DNA of 64,000 nucleotides from a virus: the IMG/VR virus record IMGVR_UViG_3300037585_001448, positions 29,141 through 93,140 of that record; one strand, written 5' to 3'. This document shows, piece by piece, positions 47,235 to 56,184 of the stretch. Position 1 is the stretch's first letter; the number at the start of each line of letters is the position of its first letter. Made by a program: the position numbers and the translations under genes. Under the pieces are notes generated by a model. The model had not been told where the DNA came from and made no database searches. It was given only the letters and a program-made list of their open reading frames with translations.

Positions 47235-47821
47235 GTGAACTGGACCCGCGGTTTCGCTTCGCCCCGAGCGCAGTATTCGTCAGGGTCAATGTCCAACTCC
47301 CTGAGCGCCGTCAACCGGACATTCGACCCGGCCAACCGATAGATGCGACCCAGTTGCGTGATCGTCGTGTTCAAGATGGAGACAGCGCCCTCATCCAACC
47401 CGGCATCCTGAGCCTCGGACACCAGCCCCTTGCGGACTGCCCCCTCAAGAGCCTCGTTGTCCCACTGGGTGGAAGCCTTCGACCACTTCACAACCGGGGT
47501 AGATGGTACGTCCACCTGAGGCTCGTTCGACTTGACCTGCTTCGCTATCGCCGCCGCGATGTCAGGAGCATGAAAAGCCAAAGAGCGACGGATCGCTTCG
47601 ATCGTCTCTAACCATGTGAACAGGCACCGGGCACTCGGGGGATCTTCCAACTCAACACCGACCAGTTTGTCTAACGTCTCCAGTCCAGCCAAAATGTTCG
47701 TCAACGCAAAGTCGATCTGCGACGCGACGCCCTTGCGGAGACCACCGGGATTGGTGTCGTCTTCGGTCAGGTGTTCGCCGGTACGAAAGCGGTTGTGGAG
47801 ATCCGCTGTTGTGCTGCTCAT
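47231..47821 (-). CDS. Hypothetical protein
   Basis: AGGAG SD; ATGA overlaps. Confidence 0.65.
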   Translation of the reverse strand: MSSTTADLHNRFRTGEHLTEDDTNPGGLRKGVASQIDFALTNILAGLETLDKLVGVELEDPPSARCLFTWLETIEAIRRSLAFHAPDIAAAIAKQVKSNEPQVDVPSTPVVKWSKASTQWDNEALEGAVRKGLVSEAQDAGLDEGAVSILNTTITQLGRIYRLAGSNVRLTALRELDIDPDEYCARGEAKPRVQFT

Positions 47822-48039
47822 GGTCGTCTCCTGCCGCACTCGCCGCATGTGGGACGACTGTCGATCACCTTGATGCCCATTTTCTTCTCCCGCCACATCG
47901 GGTCGGCCTCATCCAGACATCCCATACACAGGTTGCGTGGATCTAGTGGGTACTCATACACAAGCGAACCGCCACACTCGTCGCATGGTGGCCCCATCGG
48001 CAGGAATCCGGGGGATGTGGGCTTGGTATCTATGCTCAT
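47818..48039 (-). CDS. Small zinc-finger protein
   Basis: CDEC, CMGC, CGEC. Confidence 0.55.
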   Translation of the reverse strand: MSIDTKPTSPGFLPMGPPCDECGGSLVYEYPLDPRNLCMGCLDEADPMWREKKMGIKVIDSRPTCGECGRRRP

Positions 48040-48305
48040 AGGGTTCCCTCCTTGGAACTCAGAGTAGTAAGCGCATGTGACAGCCACCCCCGAAACGAAG
48101 GCGGGTCAGGTAGGACACCGAGCAGAGCAGCCAACCGCTCCTTGTTTTCCGGCGTCAACGGCTGCCCCTCTTCGCCACCCCTCAACAGGACAGCCAGTTC
48201 AAGACGGAACGCCGCGCCGAGGCTGCTGCGTTCGTTCAGGACAAGGTGCGAGATGCCGTGCCAGATGTTCTTGTAAAGCGTCTCGTAATCAGGATCGGTC
48301 GTCAT
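48036..48305 (-). CDS. Hypothetical protein
   Basis: ATGA overlaps. Confidence 0.6.
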   Translation of the reverse strand: MTTDPDYETLYKNIWHGISHLVLNERSSLGAAFRLELAVLLRGGEEGQPLTPENKERLAALLGVLPDPPSFRGWLSHALTTLSSKEGTL

Positions 48306-48508
48306 GCAGCCACCAGACTGTTGACCAAGACCAGCCCATAGAACTTGCCGGTCTCAGCATCCTTGACGTAACAGTGACCCATCGTGCCGTTCCTCGGGCA
48401 TCCGTGTGGCTGCGTCTTCACAACCACCGTCCCTGTTTCCGGCGCGTGCCCGGTCGGGCTGAACAGGTCGTAGCCGACCGGCTCAAACGTGTATCGCTTG
48501 GCAGCCAT
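48302..48508 (-). CDS. Hypothetical protein
   Basis: TAATG coupling. Confidence 0.6.
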   Translation of the reverse strand: MAAKRYTFEPVGYDLFSPTGHAPETGTVVVKTQPHGCPRNGTMGHCYVKDAETGKFYGLVLVNSLVAA

Positions 48509-48861
48509 TATCGACCGTACCCCCAGCCTGTGACAGTCCATTGGCCGTCCCAGTCGCCCGAGTAGGCGTGCGAGTAACTGTTCACCTTGAAGGCGTACTT
48601 GACCTCGCTGCCCCAAGTCGCATCCTTGATCCGGTAGGTCTTGGCCTCGCCCCATGCGCTGCCCTTGACAGGAGCCACGGTTTCAGACGGCCCCGGTGCG
48701 CTGGTTCGGACCTGCTGGACCGGCTTGACCTTGACGCTCTTGCCCGAAGGCGTCAACCCGACGACCTCGTAGAAGTCAACCTGAGTCTGGTCGTAACCCC
48801 ACGAACAGGCGAAGAGGTCTCCGACCTGAACGCCTTGCTCTTGAACAACTGCTGTCTCCAC
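48508..48861 (-). CDS. Hypothetical protein (alternative leaderless start at 48894)
   Basis: Promoter + SAS cassette; SWGYDQTQVDFYEVV. Confidence 0.7.
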   Translation of the reverse strand: METAVVQEQGVQVGDLFACSWGYDQTQVDFYEVVGLTPSGKSVKVKPVQQVRTSAPGPSETVAPVKGSAWGEAKTYRIKDATWGSEVKYAFKVNSYSHAYSGDWDGQWTVTGWGYGR

Positions 48862-48894
48862 TGTCTTCTCTCCTTGGTAGTCGGTCCCTGTCAC

Positions 48895-48930
48895 GAACTC
48901 CAGCATAGCGCCCCGTGTAGCGTCGTGCAA
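48895..48930 (-). promoter_or_regulatory. Promoter TTGCAC-N17-TATGCT
   Basis: Family member. Confidence 0.75.
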
Positions 48931-48962
48931 CTCTATCGGGTTGGGTGGTCTTCCTTCCAACC

Positions 48963-50102
48963 TTAGGCGGCGTGCTCAAACTGTTCCAGATAGTCGGCCA
49001 TCTGCCGGAGCGTCGTTGGGTCTTCATCGGAAAGACCTAGTGCTGAGTTACAGGTGCTACAAGCCAGTGCCCTAACGACACCCGTGGCATGGTTGTGATC
49101 GACGTAGAGCGACGACATCTTGTACCGCTCCTGCCACTCGCCGGGGCCGTCGCACATGGCGCACAGGCCCTTCTGCTCGGTCCACATCTGGCACCAATCA
49201 TCGACGGTCATGCGTCGTAGTTCACCCGTGGCCTTGTCCTTGACGGTGTATTTCTTCCACTGGTTCTTCCACCTGAGGTACTCGTACCAATAGGGCCTTT
49301 CGGCATAGAGCCTGTCCTTGCGTCGCTTCTCACACTTACGGCAAATCTCGTTCAGCCCATCTCCGTTGCGTGCCCGGTACGCCACGTTCTTGGCGAACTC
49401 GGTTTTCGGAAGCACCTGTAGGCACCCGTATGACCTCTTGAGGTTTCGACCGCACATCTTGAGGCCCTGCTTGCGGAGGTCTAGGGCCTCCTGCTTCTCG
49501 GCTGCCCGTGCTGCCTGCCGGGCTAGGAACTCCGGGGTGCGGGTGGCTTTCAGGTACTTCGCCTTGGCACAGTCCAGACAACGGGTACATTTGTAGCCCC
49601 TTGCTGCTTCCTTGCTGGCGGCACCGAAGAACTTGGCTAGCCGGTACTTGTCACAGTCGTAACAGCGCAGCCTGCCCTTCTCCATGTGGCGAGCGTCCTT
49701 GGCTGCCCGTAGATCGTTGGCCTTCTTGCGTGCTGCTACGTCGGCCTTGTTGCCCTTGGTCCGACCACACCACTGGCACCAACACGACATGCCTTCGTGC
49801 TTGCCCTTGGCTTCGTTCTGGCTGTCCTTGTAGAAATGGCTCAGAGGGTGAGGACCGGGATCTGGGCAGTTCTTGTTAGTGCAGAACTTCTTCTTGGCCC
49901 CCGTGGACTCATGGGCTGGCCGATGTGTGTTGCGAGCGTAGGTCAGGGTCTTGCCTGAACGACGCTGGTCGTTGTGGAACTTGCAGAGGCCATGCTTGAT
50001 GCTGCCTCCCTCGCCACCGTTGTACCTAGACGACACGGCGTTCTTGCATCGGCGTCCTTTGGCTGTGAGGTTCCGGCACCTGTCGGCGTCAGTAACAGTC
50101 AC
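48963..50102 (-). CDS. Endonuclease VII-domain protein with multiple zinc fingers (homing-endonuclease-like)
   Basis: QKGLCAMC...LYVDHNHATGVVRALACSTCNSALG. Confidence 0.85.
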   Translation of the reverse strand: MTVTDADRCRNLTAKGRRCKNAVSSRYNGGEGGSIKHGLCKFHNDQRRSGKTLTYARNTHRPAHESTGAKKKFCTNKNCPDPGPHPLSHFYKDSQNEAKGKHEGMSCWCQWCGRTKGNKADVAARKKANDLRAAKDARHMEKGRLRCYDCDKYRLAKFFGAASKEAARGYKCTRCLDCAKAKYLKATRTPEFLARQAARAAEKQEALDLRKQGLKMCGRNLKRSYGCLQVLPKTEFAKNVAYRARNGDGLNEICRKCEKRRKDRLYAERPYWYEYLRWKNQWKKYTVKDKATGELRRMTVDDWCQMWTEQKGLCAMCDGPGEWQERYKMSSLYVDHNHATGVVRALACSTCNSALGLSDEDPTTLRQMADYLEQFEHAA

Positions 50103-50854
50103 GGGGTGCCCACCAGTTCCGCACCTGTCGGGCGCTTACCGAAAGCGAACGTCGCATCGTCGTCGCTCTGCTCCAGCGTCGCGGTGAACCGAACCCGGTC
50201 ACCCTTGCGAGGGTTGAACCCTCGGGGCATAGTGACCCAGACCCGCCAACCAGCGTCGGCCTTGACCATCATCTTCCATGTCGGAAACTGACCCGTGGTC
50301 TTCTTCATGGCGAGAACCTCGCCGTCAACTTCGACCTTGCCGGTCGGGGCATCAACCGCGGCTGCCTTCTCGGCATCCCACACGGCCTGCTTGGCTGCCC
50401 ACTTGGCGTCGTGTTCGACTGCCCGCTCGGCAGCGTCAATCTGCTTGTCGCTGAGATCACCGTTCCGGGCGACCTGATCGGCAAGGCTGAACAGGAACCC
50501 GGCCTCGGCAGCGGCCATCGCCGCCCACAGTTCAGGATAGGCAGCAGCGAACCGGTCCTTGTTGGCTTGCGCCTTGGCCTGCTGCGCGGCGACCTTCTTG
50601 TCGGCTCGGGCTTGCCGTTGGGCTTCCTTCTTCGCGAGGAACTCTTCGACCTGAGCGTCGGTCCACCCGGTTGGGAACTGCCAGTCTTTGCCGTCCACCG
50701 GATCGCTGCCGAAGCCACCGCATCGGAAACAGGTGAAGCCGGGCCAGCCCTTCCAACCGCCTGCGCCACCACAACGGGTGCAGTCCCGTCGAACGGGAAC
50801 CTTGCGCGGCTTCGGGATGTCACCCCGGAGATAAGTCACGGTCTCGGTCATCAC
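50099..50854 (-). CDS. Zn-finger + OB-fold-like protein
   Basis: CTRCGG/CFRCGG; C-terminal KGDRVRFTATL...FGKRP. Confidence 0.6.
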   Translation of the reverse strand: MMTETVTYLRGDIPKPRKVPVRRDCTRCGGAGGWKGWPGFTCFRCGGFGSDPVDGKDWQFPTGWTDAQVEEFLAKKEAQRQARADKKVAAQQAKAQANKDRFAAAYPELWAAMAAAEAGFLFSLADQVARNGDLSDKQIDAAERAVEHDAKWAAKQAVWDAEKAAAVDAPTGKVEVDGEVLAMKKTTGQFPTWKMMVKADAGWRVWVTMPRGFNPRKGDRVRFTATLEQSDDDATFAFGKRPTGAELVGTP

Positions 50855-51252
50855 TTGACCTCACACCGGGCGATCAACTCAGCGAGCCGGTCCCGGTTCA
50901 CTTTCAACGACCGGCCCTGCTGCTGCCATGCGAACCGGTACTGCTGCCGCTCCGACGGGTACGTCCAATCGGCGTCCCAGTCCTCGCCCTCCCAGAGTGC
51001 GATCAAGAACTCAATCTCGTCGTGGACACCGACCAGTTCGATCGTGGACACTTCCACCGCTTTGCCTTTCTTGCGGAGCGGCTCGGTGAACAACTCTTCG
51101 CCGGTCTCAACCCACCACTCCGACCGCTGCTCGGCCATCGCGTTGATTGCTGCGTCGGTCAGTCGAACCGGGACGCATGTCCCGTCCATCTCAAAGCCGT
51201 CCTCGTTGACATAGACGAGGTGTTTCACGTTGGTCTTTGCGGTCTCGGTCAC
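50851..51252 (-). CDS. Hypothetical protein (leaderless)
   Basis: GTG 6 nt after TAAGAT. Confidence 0.65.
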   Translation of the reverse strand: MTETAKTNVKHLVYVNEDGFEMDGTCVPVRLTDAAINAMAEQRSEWWVETGEELFTEPLRKKGKAVEVSTIELVGVHDEIEFLIALWEGEDWDADWTYPSERQQYRFAWQQQGRSLKVNRDRLAELIARCEVK

Positions 51253-51287
51253 GAGGACATCTTAGTACCCCGTCAAACCTGATGCAA
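51253..51287 (-). promoter_or_regulatory. Promoter TTGCAT-N17-TAAGAT
   Basis: Family member. Confidence 0.75.
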
Positions 51288-51306
51288 CTCCATCTAGCGT
51301 CAGGGG

Positions 51307-52866
51307 CTAGTTGCCGTCCATCTTCCAAGGATTCGCCTGCTCAATCCCCGTCGGCCCCACCACCGGGACACGCCCCCTCGGCGTCTCATACAAAGCCAAC
51401 AGGATCGCCTCAGCCCGATCAGGCGACGGCACCCCACGCTTCCGCATCGCGTCCTTCTTCTCTATCGCGATACGCCCCGACGAATCCGACCCATACCGCG
51501 GCACCGACAACTGGGCAGCAGTCTTCCTGTCGATGTCCAACCGGATCTCCTGACGGCCCCCACTATCCGGCTGGAGCAACGTCCGAGCGTTCCACCACAT
51601 CTCAGCCCGCTGATTAGCGAACTGCTGAGGCGACCCCGACCGCTCACCAACATTGACCCGAACAATCTCAGCCGAATGGCGACGCTCCGACTTCCACGTT
51701 TCCAGAATCGAAGACACCCCCCAACCGACACCCACCGAGTCGATCTTCACCCTGACCGGTTTGAGCCACGGCCCTGTCGCCGCCAACCGCTCTGCGTCTT
51801 CGATCTGGCGAAGCACCTGACCGGCAACATCGACAGCGTTGAGGTTCGCCGACCCACCTTGGCTGTAAACGATACGCACGGTGAACCCCTCAGCGCGAGC
51901 CACAGCAACCTCATCGCCGCCGCCCGCTGCGACATCCACCCCGAGGCGAATCTGGTCGGAAGCCGACGGGTCTTCGTTCTCCATCGCCCGTTCAATCCAG
52001 TCGATCGGGATGACCCGGTTGCCGCTGTCCCTCGGAAAGCGGGCATGAACACGGGCTTCGACGTAGGACGAATCCTCTCCGAACTCGCGAACCACATCGT
52101 CCACCCACTCAGGGCCAATCAACTGGCGGGCGATTTCCGGCGGGCACTCTTCCCCGGTGAAGTTCGGGGTGTCGTGAGCGCCGATACGAATGATCTCGTA
52201 GTTGCCGGATTCGACAGCCCGCTCAAACCAAGTGTCCGAATCATCCGACGGTGGGTTGCCGATCGCCAGCAGCCGGGTGTGACCCCCGGTCATCAGCGAC
52301 TCAAAACTGCGTCCCAGTGTCGGGCTGATACCCCCGGCTTCGTCAACGATGATGAGTAGGTGCGGAACGTGGATGCCCTGCACCGCGGACTCGTCGTGGT
52401 CCGACGGTGAGAACCCGAACGCCACGAGGTCGCGTCCAACCTTCCATTCGGTGGTCGTCATCTCTCCCAGCAGACCGTTCATGGCGTGGACCCGTCGGAT
52501 GTGCGGCCACAGGATGGTTCGCACCTGACGGAACGTAGGAGCGGTCGTGATGACCAAGGCCGTACCGGGAGGGTGGACTGCGCCCCACCATGCAGCGGCC
52601 CGTGCTGCGATGTGGGACTTGCCGGGGGCGTGGCACGCCGGGACGGCTGTCCTCTTGTTGTCCACCAGTGATCGGAGGATGTCGCGTTGCTTCGACCAGA
52701 GGAACTCGCCGAGGGCGATCTCTACGAACCCTTCGGGCCAGTCGGCGAACGCCGCCCACTTGGTGCCGCGTTCGGCTTCGATGGCTTCCCACGCGTGTGG
52801 GCCTTCGGCTATCAGGAGCCGGATGCGTTCCTCGGGTGGGAGGTCGAACAGGAGATCCAGTGTCAC
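51307..52866 (-). CDS. terL: Terminase large subunit
   Basis: ACHAPGKS Walker A, LIIVDEA Walker B, IGNP, GVDVA nuclease, SPDRAEA. Confidence 0.92.
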   Translation of the reverse strand: MTLDLLFDLPPEERIRLLIAEGPHAWEAIEAERGTKWAAFADWPEGFVEIALGEFLWSKQRDILRSLVDNKRTAVPACHAPGKSHIAARAAAWWGAVHPPGTALVITTAPTFRQVRTILWPHIRRVHAMNGLLGEMTTTEWKVGRDLVAFGFSPSDHDESAVQGIHVPHLLIIVDEAGGISPTLGRSFESLMTGGHTRLLAIGNPPSDDSDTWFERAVESGNYEIIRIGAHDTPNFTGEECPPEIARQLIGPEWVDDVVREFGEDSSYVEARVHARFPRDSGNRVIPIDWIERAMENEDPSASDQIRLGVDVAAGGGDEVAVARAEGFTVRIVYSQGGSANLNAVDVAGQVLRQIEDAERLAATGPWLKPVRVKIDSVGVGWGVSSILETWKSERRHSAEIVRVNVGERSGSPQQFANQRAEMWWNARTLLQPDSGGRQEIRLDIDRKTAAQLSVPRYGSDSSGRIAIEKKDAMRKRGVPSPDRAEAILLALYETPRGRVPVVGPTGIEQANPWKMDGN

Positions 52867-52898
52867 AGGGGAAGACTAGACCGTACTTCGACAACAAG

Positions 52899-52935
52899 TT
52901 GCACCATGAGTGCTAGATGGTGCTACACTGAGTTC
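52899..52935 (+). promoter_or_regulatory. Promoter TTGCAC-N19-TACACT (divergent from terL)
   Basis: Family member with a longer spacer; GTG 6 nt downstream. Confidence 0.65.
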
Positions 52936-52965
52936 GTGACAGAGACCAACCACCAAGGAGAGACA

Positions 52966-53184
52966 ATGGAAACCCAGCGATACCGGTTCAGGTTCGCCGG
53001 ACGGACCCGTGTGATAACGGCCCCGAACAAACTTGACGCATACAACCAAGCGAACGCATGGGTACAAAACACGCCCACAAACCCGCCCTTCTATGCGTGG
53101 CAGGAGACGAAGACCTACAACTTCGACGGCAGCCCAGACCACACCGTGACCGAGTTCTACGGAATGACGGGAGTGTGGGACTGA
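52966..53184 (+). CDS. Hypothetical protein (alternative leaderless start at 52936)
   Basis: SAS ACCAACCACCAAGGAGAGACA ATG. Confidence 0.7.
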   Translation: METQRYRFRFAGRTRVITAPNKLDAYNQANAWVQNTPTNPPFYAWQETKTYNFDGSPDHTVTEFYGMTGVWD

Positions 53185-53231
53185 TCGTGGACGAGCAAGT
53201 AACGACCGAAACCAACCACCAAGGAGAGACA

Positions 53232-53510
53232 GTGGGAACCACCGAATACACCGTCGTCAACCACATGGAGCAGGACTACTGCCTCCACAAAGTCGGCTGC
53301 CGCGACATCACACGAGCCGAACGACAAGGACTCGTCAACCAGACCTACAACATCACCGTCACCGACGGCGATGATCTTGTCCGGGCCGTTGACCTTGACC
53401 TGTTCGCCTGTGGGATCTCTTCTGACCACGGCATGACCCCGGAAGAATACGCCGATGCCGGAAACAGTTTCGGCGCTCGGGTCTTCCCATGCACCAAGGA
53501 GGTCAAGTAA
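53232..53510 (+). CDS. Hypothetical protein
   Basis: SAS ACCAACCACCAAGGAGAGACA GTG. Confidence 0.7.
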   Translation: MGTTEYTVVNHMEQDYCLHKVGCRDITRAERQGLVNQTYNITVTDGDDLVRAVDLDLFACGISSDHGMTPEEYADAGNSFGARVFPCTKEVK

Positions 53511-53941
53511 TGGCCGATTCTGTCTACCTAGTTGTCACCCCCGGCGGTGACGCGTTCCTCGCGGAAACCACCGACAACACCTACGCGGACCTCTCCACTC
53601 TGGTGGACGGCATGATCGAATGTGTCGCCCTCCCCGGACAGGTAGACGCATGGGTCAACGAAGAGGGCCTGTACCGCGACGACCTTGAATACAACTTGCT
53701 CGGCACCTACATGGTCCGCGGCTGGACCGGGAACCCCGGTTACCACCTAGTCGGCCCGGTCGTGTTCGCAGCACACGATGACGAAGGCAACACGCTGCCC
53801 TGCCCGGCAGGGTTCATCGCCGACACCGTGCAAAAGGGTGTGGAGTTGACCCCACGGTTCCAGTCCGACAACGCGCTCCTGCTCGTCCACACGATCGAAG
53901 AGATCAAGGCCCGCATGGACGCTGCGAAGGAAACGGCATGA
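53510..53941 (+). CDS. DUF3846-like protein
   Basis: L..LVDGMIECV...WVNEEG...N...LVGPVVF. Confidence 0.7.
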   Translation: MADSVYLVVTPGGDAFLAETTDNTYADLSTLVDGMIECVALPGQVDAWVNEEGLYRDDLEYNLLGTYMVRGWTGNPGYHLVGPVVFAAHDDEGNTLPCPAGFIADTVQKGVELTPRFQSDNALLLVHTIEEIKARMDAAKETA

Positions 53942-54372
53942 GCGACTACTTCGTACCTGACGGAACGACGTACATGGCTCCGACAAGCCGGGCGCTGTAC
54001 CACGCGACATGGCCGACCCACCTCGGGTCGATCATGCAGAAGGGTCTCCAACCCGGCAGCGACGGCTGCGTCTACTTGGCGGGACCGAAGCCCGCTCACG
54101 CCGCGACGTTCATCGCCATCAGGGGGGGCGAGTTCGACGGGTACACCGAAGTAGAGGTCGATGGCAAAACGGCGACCATCCCAAACTTCGTCCAGCATGA
54201 CCACATCTACGTCATCGAAATCCCGGTCGATGAACTGGACCCGACGAAACTCGGCGAGTCTGGCGACCACAGCCCGGCAGCGTTTCCCGCCGACACCGAG
54301 TCGTACACCTACGACGGAGAGATCCCGTACAACTTCGACTGGAACGTCTACCAGTTGGACATGCCAAAGTAG
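53938..54372 (+). CDS. ADP-ribosyltransferase-fold protein (Tpt1/DUF952/DarT-like)
   Basis: LYHAT...SIMQKGL.P....VYLA...VIEI...Y.GEIP. Confidence 0.6.
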   Translation: MSDYFVPDGTTYMAPTSRALYHATWPTHLGSIMQKGLQPGSDGCVYLAGPKPAHAATFIAIRGGEFDGYTEVEVDGKTATIPNFVQHDHIYVIEIPVDELDPTKLGESGDHSPAAFPADTESYTYDGEIPYNFDWNVYQLDMPK

Positions 54373-54384
54373 GAGACTAGACAC

Positions 54385-54600
54385 ATGACAGAAGGAGACA
54401 CGATGGGGCACCTAGAGCACCGAGCAATCTGCTACGACGACGAGGGTTCGTTGGTGTGCGTCTGCGAACTCCGCGAGGGATTGGATCACCGGCAGGCCGA
54501 ACTCCTGAGCCGGGCCGAAGCCGACCGGCTCGTCAACGACTATGCGGTCGAATCGACCGCTTGGGTACTGAACACGATCAACGACATGGTGAAACGATGA
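54385..54600 (+). CDS. Hypothetical protein
   Basis: AGGAG SD. Confidence 0.55.
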   Translation: MTEGDTMGHLEHRAICYDDEGSLVCVCELREGLDHRQAELLSRAEADRLVNDYAVESTAWVLNTINDMVKR

Positions 54601-54926
54601 GCGCCCTCAACGGGCAGATGCCCCACACCTACGACCACCAGCCCGGCGACGGTTGGTCCTACTCGGTCCTGATCTCTGAACTCCCCCACTACGGTTTCAT
54701 GGGAGGCGGCAGCCCCGACGATTTCGTAGTGGTCACCGTCTGGCGACCGTTTGACCGGGGCGTTGGCCGCACCTACGTCATGCGGAAGCACGGGACGCTG
54801 ACCGACAGGTACGTCCAAGAGAAGTTCTGCGACGGTCTCAACGACCGGGACATGATTCGCAACATCGCCGACGCGATCCGGCAGACGCTAGGCCGACCGC
54901 CGCTGGACGACGAAAACTGGCTGTGA
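54597..54926 (+). CDS. Hypothetical protein
   Basis: ATGA overlap. Confidence 0.6.
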   Translation: MSALNGQMPHTYDHQPGDGWSYSVLISELPHYGFMGGGSPDDFVVVTVWRPFDRGVGRTYVMRKHGTLTDRYVQEKFCDGLNDRDMIRNIADAIRQTLGRPPLDDENWL

Positions 54927-54983
54927 TCTGGGAGCCTCGTCAGGATTTCTTTGGGATTTCTTGAAGGCTTCTAAATACCCCCT

Positions 54984-54999
54984 CTGACCTGCGGTTATG
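54984..54999. repeat. 16-bp element CTGACCTGCGGTTATG, copy 2
   Basis: Exact match to 28955..28970. Confidence 0.8.
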
Positions 55000-55033
55000 T
55001 GGGGGTCATTACCTACCCTTGGGCTACATGACG

Positions 55034-55068
55034 TTGCATGGCGCTACACGGGGGACTACGATTAGTTC
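55034..55068 (+). promoter_or_regulatory. Promoter TTGCAT-N17-TACGAT
   Basis: Family member; GTG 6 nt downstream. Confidence 0.75.
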
Positions 55069-55344
55069 GTGAGTGAGCAGCGGGTTCATCAGGTTCGGGA
55101 GTGGGTCGCCGAGGCCCGGTACGTCCACCAGTGGGAGCGGGAGCGGTACGGCTGGTACCGGGTCAACGTCGTCTTCACTTGGAGGCGGGCCAAGAAGGTC
55201 GTCAGAGAAGCGGCCCAAGACGCCGCCGTCGCTTGGTTTGCCCACCACCAGCGGGTCGCCGCCGCGAGGGCCGAAGCCGCTGCTGAGTCGTTCCACGCCG
55301 TTGAGGAAAGTCTCCGGTTGTGGGGCGCGACGGTGGGTGTCTGA
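55069..55344 (+). CDS. Hypothetical protein (leaderless)
   Basis: Directly follows the promoter. Confidence 0.6.
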   Translation: MSEQRVHQVREWVAEARYVHQWERERYGWYRVNVVFTWRRAKKVVREAAQDAAVAWFAHHQRVAAARAEAAAESFHAVEESLRLWGATVGV

Positions 55345-55526
55345 TGAGCGCCCGGTTCGTCGTCGCCGCCGCCTTCCTCGTGGCTGCCGTGTTCGCCGGT
55401 AGTCAACTCGGCTGCGCGGTCGCCAGTCATCAGGCTGCCCGGTACAGCCAGTTGGCTCACGCAGCATTGGTCGTTGAGAGTTCGCAAAGCGCCGCGGTGA
55501 CCGCGGCAGAAGGAGAGAGCAAGTGA
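55344..55526 (+). CDS. Small membrane/secreted protein
   Basis: TGATG coupling; hydrophobic N-terminus. Confidence 0.5.
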   Translation: MSARFVVAAAFLVAAVFAGSQLGCAVASHQAARYSQLAHAALVVESSQSAAVTAAEGESK

Positions 55527-55669
55527 AAACCCAAAGCAAGAATGTGACTGCCCTTGAAGCGGAGAACGCCGAGTTGTGGGACTTCGTGGAGGCTGTGGCA
55601 AAAGCGAACGTGGCTGGCTTCGCCTCCACGCAGGCTCAGGAAATGGTGCGGAATCGGGAGGTCAAGTGA
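55523..55669 (+). CDS. Hypothetical protein (48 aa)
   Basis: AAGGAGAGAGCAA GTG; below track cutoff. Confidence 0.6.
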   Translation: MKTQSKNVTALEAENAELWDFVEAVAKANVAGFASTQAQEMVRNREVK

Positions 55670-55917
55670 TGACCGAGTTTGTACCGACCAAGGCCCAGTG
55701 TCAGTACGTCAGCAACGCTGGCGACGACGACCGGGCGAGCGGCGGGAACACCAACTACGGCTTGTACGAGGGCAACCTCTACGCGCTTGGCAAGTACGGC
55801 TACCTCGCCGGGGCGGTGTGGGGCACCGACCGGGGTTCGTTCCTCGTAGCGATCAACGCCGCCGAGGAAGAGATGGCCTACCTGATGGCCGAAGCCAAAG
55901 CAGAGTTCGGCTTCTAA
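55669..55917 (+). CDS. Hypothetical protein
   Basis: GTGATG coupling. Confidence 0.6.
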   Translation: MTEFVPTKAQCQYVSNAGDDDRASGGNTNYGLYEGNLYALGKYGYLAGAVWGTDRGSFLVAINAAEEEMAYLMAEAKAEFGF

Positions 55918-55930
55918 CCACCAGCGGTTG

Positions 55931-55954
55931 GCCCCGGCTTCGGTCGGGGCTTTC
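55931..55954 (+). terminator. Intrinsic terminator between convergent operons
   Basis: gccccggc-ttcg-gtcggggc-ttt. Confidence 0.75.
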
Positions 55955-55956
55955 TG

Positions 55957-56184
55957 CTACCCGGCGAGCGTTTCGCCACCATCCACGACGAACTGCTGCT
56001 TCCCACACCGGGAACAACCATCCCAGAACAGTCGCTTCGATCCAACGATCATCTCTTCAACGTCAGACACAAGGTCGGTTCGGTGCCAATCGTGTTCGAC
56101 ACAAGGTTCCTGCACCCGAGGCGGGGGCGGGATGGGCCGACCAGACGCCGACAACGGGACAGTGCCCAAACGACTATTGGTCAT
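55957..56184 (-). CDS. Small zinc-binding protein
   Basis: CVEHDW...CSRCG; ATGA overlap. Confidence 0.55.
   Translation of the reverse strand: MTNSRLGTVPLSASGRPIPPPPRVQEPCVEHDWHRTDLVSDVEEMIVGSKRLFWDGCSRCGKQQFVVDGGETLAG

Noticed and set aside
27724-55522. Dispersed repeats as a CRISPR array or integron attC sites
   Set aside because: Irregular kb-scale spacing, no palindromic attC structure, no cas or integrase gene; each copy contains an SD.
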